DNA of 36,945 nucleotides from Macrostomum lignano (Eukaryota): NCBI GenBank assembly GCA_002269645.1, contig NIVC01001707.1, positions 1 to 36,945 of the forward strand, read 5' to 3'. Shown piece by piece: positions 33,333 to 36,945 of this stretch (position 1 is its first letter; each line of letters starts with the position of its first letter). The notes under the pieces were generated by a model. It saw only the letters and a program-made list of their open reading frames with translations, ran no database searches and was not told where the DNA came from. The position numbers and the translations under genes were made by a program.

Positions 33333-33999
33333 GGTTCATTGTGCATTTCTCGTCGTCCTTCTTCGAATTTCTTGCCGACTTCTTTCCGCATAATGTTGAA
33401 AACTTTCTCGAGTTCATTTCTCAGCTGACTCATGTCATCAGTACCGACCATGTTCAAGTTCATTCGAATTGATTGTTCATAAAGATCCTGAATGGTTTTG
33501 AACTCATCCTCTGAAATGAACTTATCCTCGATTGCCCTTGAAATGTACCCTATGATTGATGTGTGCACCCCTTTCTCTTTTACTTGCTTCTCCTGTAGCT
33601 GCTTTAGTTTTTTTCGCCTGTTTCGCGCTAATGCTCCAGTAATTGCTGAAATAAGTCCACATGCAGCACCCACAGAGCCGAGCGGGATTGCGATTGGGGC
33701 TGTGATGACTGGCAACACTGAGACAGCTGCAGCAGATCCAGATAGAACAGACACAGATCCTAGAATCATATTGCTGTAGTCGAAAAATTTACAGTGGTTG
33801 TCATAGCGCTTAATTTTCTTTGTGTTGTGGAAAATATTTTTTTCAAGATCATCGCGCATTTTTTGAATCTCCACAGTCGAAACTGTTGAGAGTTACAAGT
33901 AATGACGGGGTAGAGTTTTTGTTGCTCATATTGGGGTGCACTAGGTGCACTAGGTGTTGTGGGAGCGTTCGGATCATAAAGAGAATTTTGAGCATCCAT
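33299..33999 (-). CDS. Hypothetical membrane protein with hydrophobic hairpin; one frameshift (233 aa if repaired)
   Basis: N-part LYP...QFRL joins by a -1 shift near 33874 to EIQKMRDDLE...; G/A/S-rich hydrophobic stretch; ISRAIEDKFISEDEF. Confidence 0.7.
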
Positions 34000-34106
34000 T
34001 TTTTAGGGAATTTTTTAAAAAAATCGGCAACTAGTTGGTGGTGGTTAGATTTGTTTTACGGTTGATTGCTTCGTCTGCAGTGACGGCAACAGGTCTCTGA
34101 ATCTGC

Positions 34107-34848
34107 CTATTCATTATCTGTGAGCTCCATTCTACGCATGATCTCAAACAAGTCGGTTGGATCACTTGTTTCCCTTGTGGTCTGTGGTGCCTCTTCAGCG
34201 TCAATGTTTTTGAGATTATGCAAGCGTTCAAGACGACCGATTCTTCTCACCGATTTCTGCCATTCGGTAAAAACTAAATCTACAAAGACTTTATTTGCAG
34301 TAATTCTTACTTTGATTTGATCATGCAACGCTGTTGACTGAGTCATGAACTCTTCTAAATTCCTCACTTTACTGTGTTGGTTGCGACGTTTTCTTTAATT
34401 CTATCATGCAATGCTGTTGACTGGTTCATGAACTCTTCTAAATTCCTCACTTTAACTGTGTTTGTGAAAACTCCTTCTTCAAGAATGCGCATCCGCCTAT
34501 CAATGGAGTTTCTCAGAAGATTAATTGTCGATGCTAAATTTGTTCTTAAACCGTTGATTTGCGAGACTATCGAAGTTATTTCTGACCTAAGTTCATTAGT
34601 GCTGTGATCAAACTGTGCATAAAGCTTATCACTGTCAAACTTCTGTCTAGCTACTTTAAGCCTGAGATCTTCTATGTTTATCTGTAGCTGGTGCATGGAG
34701 CGCTCTAATTGTTTCAGTCTGTTTTTATTCAGTTTGATCTCTGGGATCTTTTCGTCGCTGTTGATATATCGCCTGTCAAGGATGGATATTGAGCTGATGT
34801 AAGAGCGCTGTTGCCAGAAATGGATTCACCTGCAAAGTTTATTGACAT
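34107..34848 (-). CDS. Hypothetical coiled-coil protein with internal repeat; two frameshifts (247 aa if repaired)
   Basis: MSINFAGES start, heptad-rich LRLKVARQ...LEE, duplicated NTVKVRNLEEFMxQSTALHDxIK; -1 shifts near 34780-34800 and 34370. Confidence 0.65.
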
Positions 34849-34864
34849 CTTTTAATAGCAAATT

Positions 34865-35662
34865 TTAAATTACAGTTCTTTTTTCTTTGCTGATAATCAC
34901 AAACTGGTAAGGCTGATTCCACTTGTCATAGCAAAGATTAACGAATTCCTCTTGTGAAATCTTTCTGCTTGAGTTTTTTGTTGGATTTATGAAATAGGCA
35001 GGCGCAATGACCTCATTGTAAAATCTTTTTAACCTGTCCTGTGGAATGGTTGGAAACAGGAGAATCAGATTGCAGTTCCACGAATTGTTTTGTTCGGGAG
35101 CTCGAACCAGTTCTGTGCAATGTAAATTACATTACAATTGTTATGTCGCCCTCTTGTAAAATAGTTTTCTATCTGCTTCTGTGGGCCTGTCATACAATCA
35201 TCAAAGACGATCAAATGCTTTCTCCCCTTTTCTAGCTCATCTGGTTGGGGTAGAAGTTTGGTCTTTGGATCAGCCTGTGGATCTCCATAGGTGAACACTT
35301 TAATGTTCTGCCATTTTTCATTGTCTTTGAGGTGCTTTGCATATTCGGCAGCTACAATTTCAGGGTTACTGGGAAGGCTCATTTGGTTATTAAAACATGC
35401 AATAATGTCCTCTTTGTTCAGCTTGTTTTGAAGCCTGCAATCAGCATTCTATACTCATCTTGATACAGTGTGGGAGAGTAGATGTGCAGAGTGTCATAGT
35501 CGATAAAGCCAGGTCTAAGAAGCATGTTAAAGACTCTGAATGTTTTACCTGAACCTGACGAACCAACAACAATGCATCTGAAGTGACTCGGATTGACTCA
35601 TGATGAGAAAACTTAATCTGATTACGCGTCCAGTGAGGATTGAAGTCGTTTGAAAAGTCCAT
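34865..35662 (-). CDS. A32/FtsK-HerA family DNA packaging ATPase; three frameshifts (266 aa if repaired)
   Basis: Walker A FRCIVVGSSGSGKT (frame absent from the ORF track), Walker B LIVFDD, FTRGRHNN motif, TIRGNCNLILLF after repair. Confidence 0.92.
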
Positions 35663-35697
35663 TTTTTCTATGAAAAAAAATTAAATAATAAATCATT

Positions 35698-35801
35698 TAG
35701 ATGTGTCATTTCGGGACTTAGATGTGTTTTTGGGACTTAGATGTGTCATTTTGGGACTTGGATGTGTCATTTTGGGACTTAGATGTGTCATTTTGGACTA
35801 G
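35698..35801. repeat. 21-bp tandem repeat (GATGTGTCATTTTGGGACTTA) x5
   Basis: Direct inspection; lies just upstream of the ATPase start on the minus strand. Confidence 0.9.
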
Positions 35802-35839
35802 TCTGTACCTTTACATTCTTGTACCCTCGGAAAGTACCT

Positions 35840-36219
35840 TTAGTCAAATTTGAAACCACTTCCTTTTTTAATGCTTGCTCTCATCTTCTCATAGACTGCA
35901 GGGTCCACACTGTCTGGATTTGGGGCCAGCGGGCCAGCGGGGCCAGTGGAGGTTGAATCTCTTGTTTAGGTGTTACAGTATCCTTTATCTTTTGGTGCTG
36001 CTGTGCTACACTGCCAGCCGCTTCGGCAACGTTCTTGATGTTCTCTTTGTTCTCTCCAATGACCTTAAAAATCTTAGCCCCTGAGCGATCAAATCAGCAA
36101 GGCCATTCCCAGAGCGTTCTTTTCTTGGATAGTGGCCTGCAGGGAAAAGTCAGATCCGCGTTTAATGAGATTAGTTCCTCTTTGTCATAGTATTTGTGTC
36201 TTTTTCGAAAATAAGGCAT
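35840..36219 (-). CDS. Small hypothetical protein, multiply frameshifted (possible core protein)
   Basis: MPYFRKRHKYY...ERSGNGLADLIAQG..AKIFKVIGENKENIKNVAEAAG...KKGSGFKFD* recoverable by hopping frames (~4 missing bases). Confidence 0.45.
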
Positions 36220-36239
36220 TTACTTGAAATAAATTATTT

Positions 36240-36945
36240 TTTGTTGAAGCGGAAAGCAGAAGCTCTCTCGCCCTCTTATCGATGTATTTTCTCTCACAGC
36301 ATTTGTCAGATGTTGACAAATTTCTTTTATTTTCATCTTTCATTCCGGTCTTTGCCCTCCTAGAAGAACCGCTACTCGCTTGTAGATTTCAGAAATTCCT
36401 TTTCCAGTTGAGGGCGTTGGTCTTGAGGTTGTGGAGTTGGTTGGGCTTGTGGCTGCTGGGAGGTGATGCAAAAGACTGCTCACTTTCAGAGATGGAACTG
36501 TCATGTGTGCCTGTCTTTGTTGAGGGTGAAAACTCTTTGCTTGATTCTGTTCATCGATCTGGAGAGTGTTTTCTAAGTGTTGCCAATCTGTTGGGTTTGT
36601 TTCTTATATTCAGTACTTGATCGGAACTGCTTCGAGTTGAGTATTTGTGGAATGTTGCTGCTGTTGTGGTTGGTTGTTGTTGCTGTTGTTGTTGGTTGTT
36701 CTAGATATTTTTAATGACTTCCGCCTGACCATCTGGCAACCAAACCATTGTTTAAAGTGCTTGTACTTTTTGAATTAGTCAGTTGACACCGTTGTACATT
36801 GTTCAGGACTTCTGGGACCTTTAGTATTTCTATATCTCTAGCAAGAGAAAAGTCACTAGATCTCTGTAGTTCTTTGAGCTGCTTTGTCCGAGATTCTCTC
36901 TTGGTTCTTGTCATAAAAGTCAGTAAGGCGTCTGTGAAAGGAATT
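36240..36945 (-). CDS. 3' part of a multiply frameshifted hypothetical gene, truncated by the window edge
   Basis: Open segments IPFTDALLTFMTRTK..., T/Q/N/S-rich linker, STGKGISEIYKRVAVLLG; no single frame; stop position uncertain. Confidence 0.4.

Larger units (their letters stand above)
23348..36945. mobile_element. Polinton/Maverick (adintovirus-like) endogenous element; left boundary approximate, continues past the window
   Basis: Intron-less, densely packed integrase, pPolB, adenain protease, A32 ATPase, PLA2 and pX-like genes with A-rich start contexts; left end tentatively at AGTAGA 23348. Confidence 0.92.

Overview
Eukaryotic (invertebrate-like; species not identifiable from the sequence) genomic DNA in two parts. 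(1) About 3.9-22.8 kb, + strand: the 3' part of an L-type voltage-gated calcium channel alpha-1 gene (Cav1). It runs from repeat IV S4 through the IV pore (ATGEAW), IVS6, EF-hand, pre-IQ/IQ and the AGLR...RRAISGDL region to a long low-complexity C-tail, with in-phase GT-AG junctions. It contains a duplicated, apparently mutually exclusive exon pair for the IV turret/S6 and a candidate truncating exon at the position of vertebrate Cav1.3 exon 42A. (2) About 23.3 kb to the window end: a Polinton/Maverick (adintovirus-like) endogenous element with rve integrase, protein-primed PolB carrying an endonuclease VII-like insert, adenain protease, A32/FtsK packaging ATPase, parvovirus-type PLA2, an adenovirus pX-like protein and several unknown ORFs. 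Capsid genes and the right end are not in the window. The left arm holds an 82-bp tandem repeat and a ~7-copy 164-bp array in which every unit is a 30-bp inverted repeat, adjacent to an orphan putative helical DNA-binding gene. At least 12 frameshifts in the right half all resolve as 1-2 nt deletions, mostly in homopolymer or dinucleotide runs. This suggests assembly error in an otherwise intact element rather than decay. All family assignments come from motif recognition; no database search was run.
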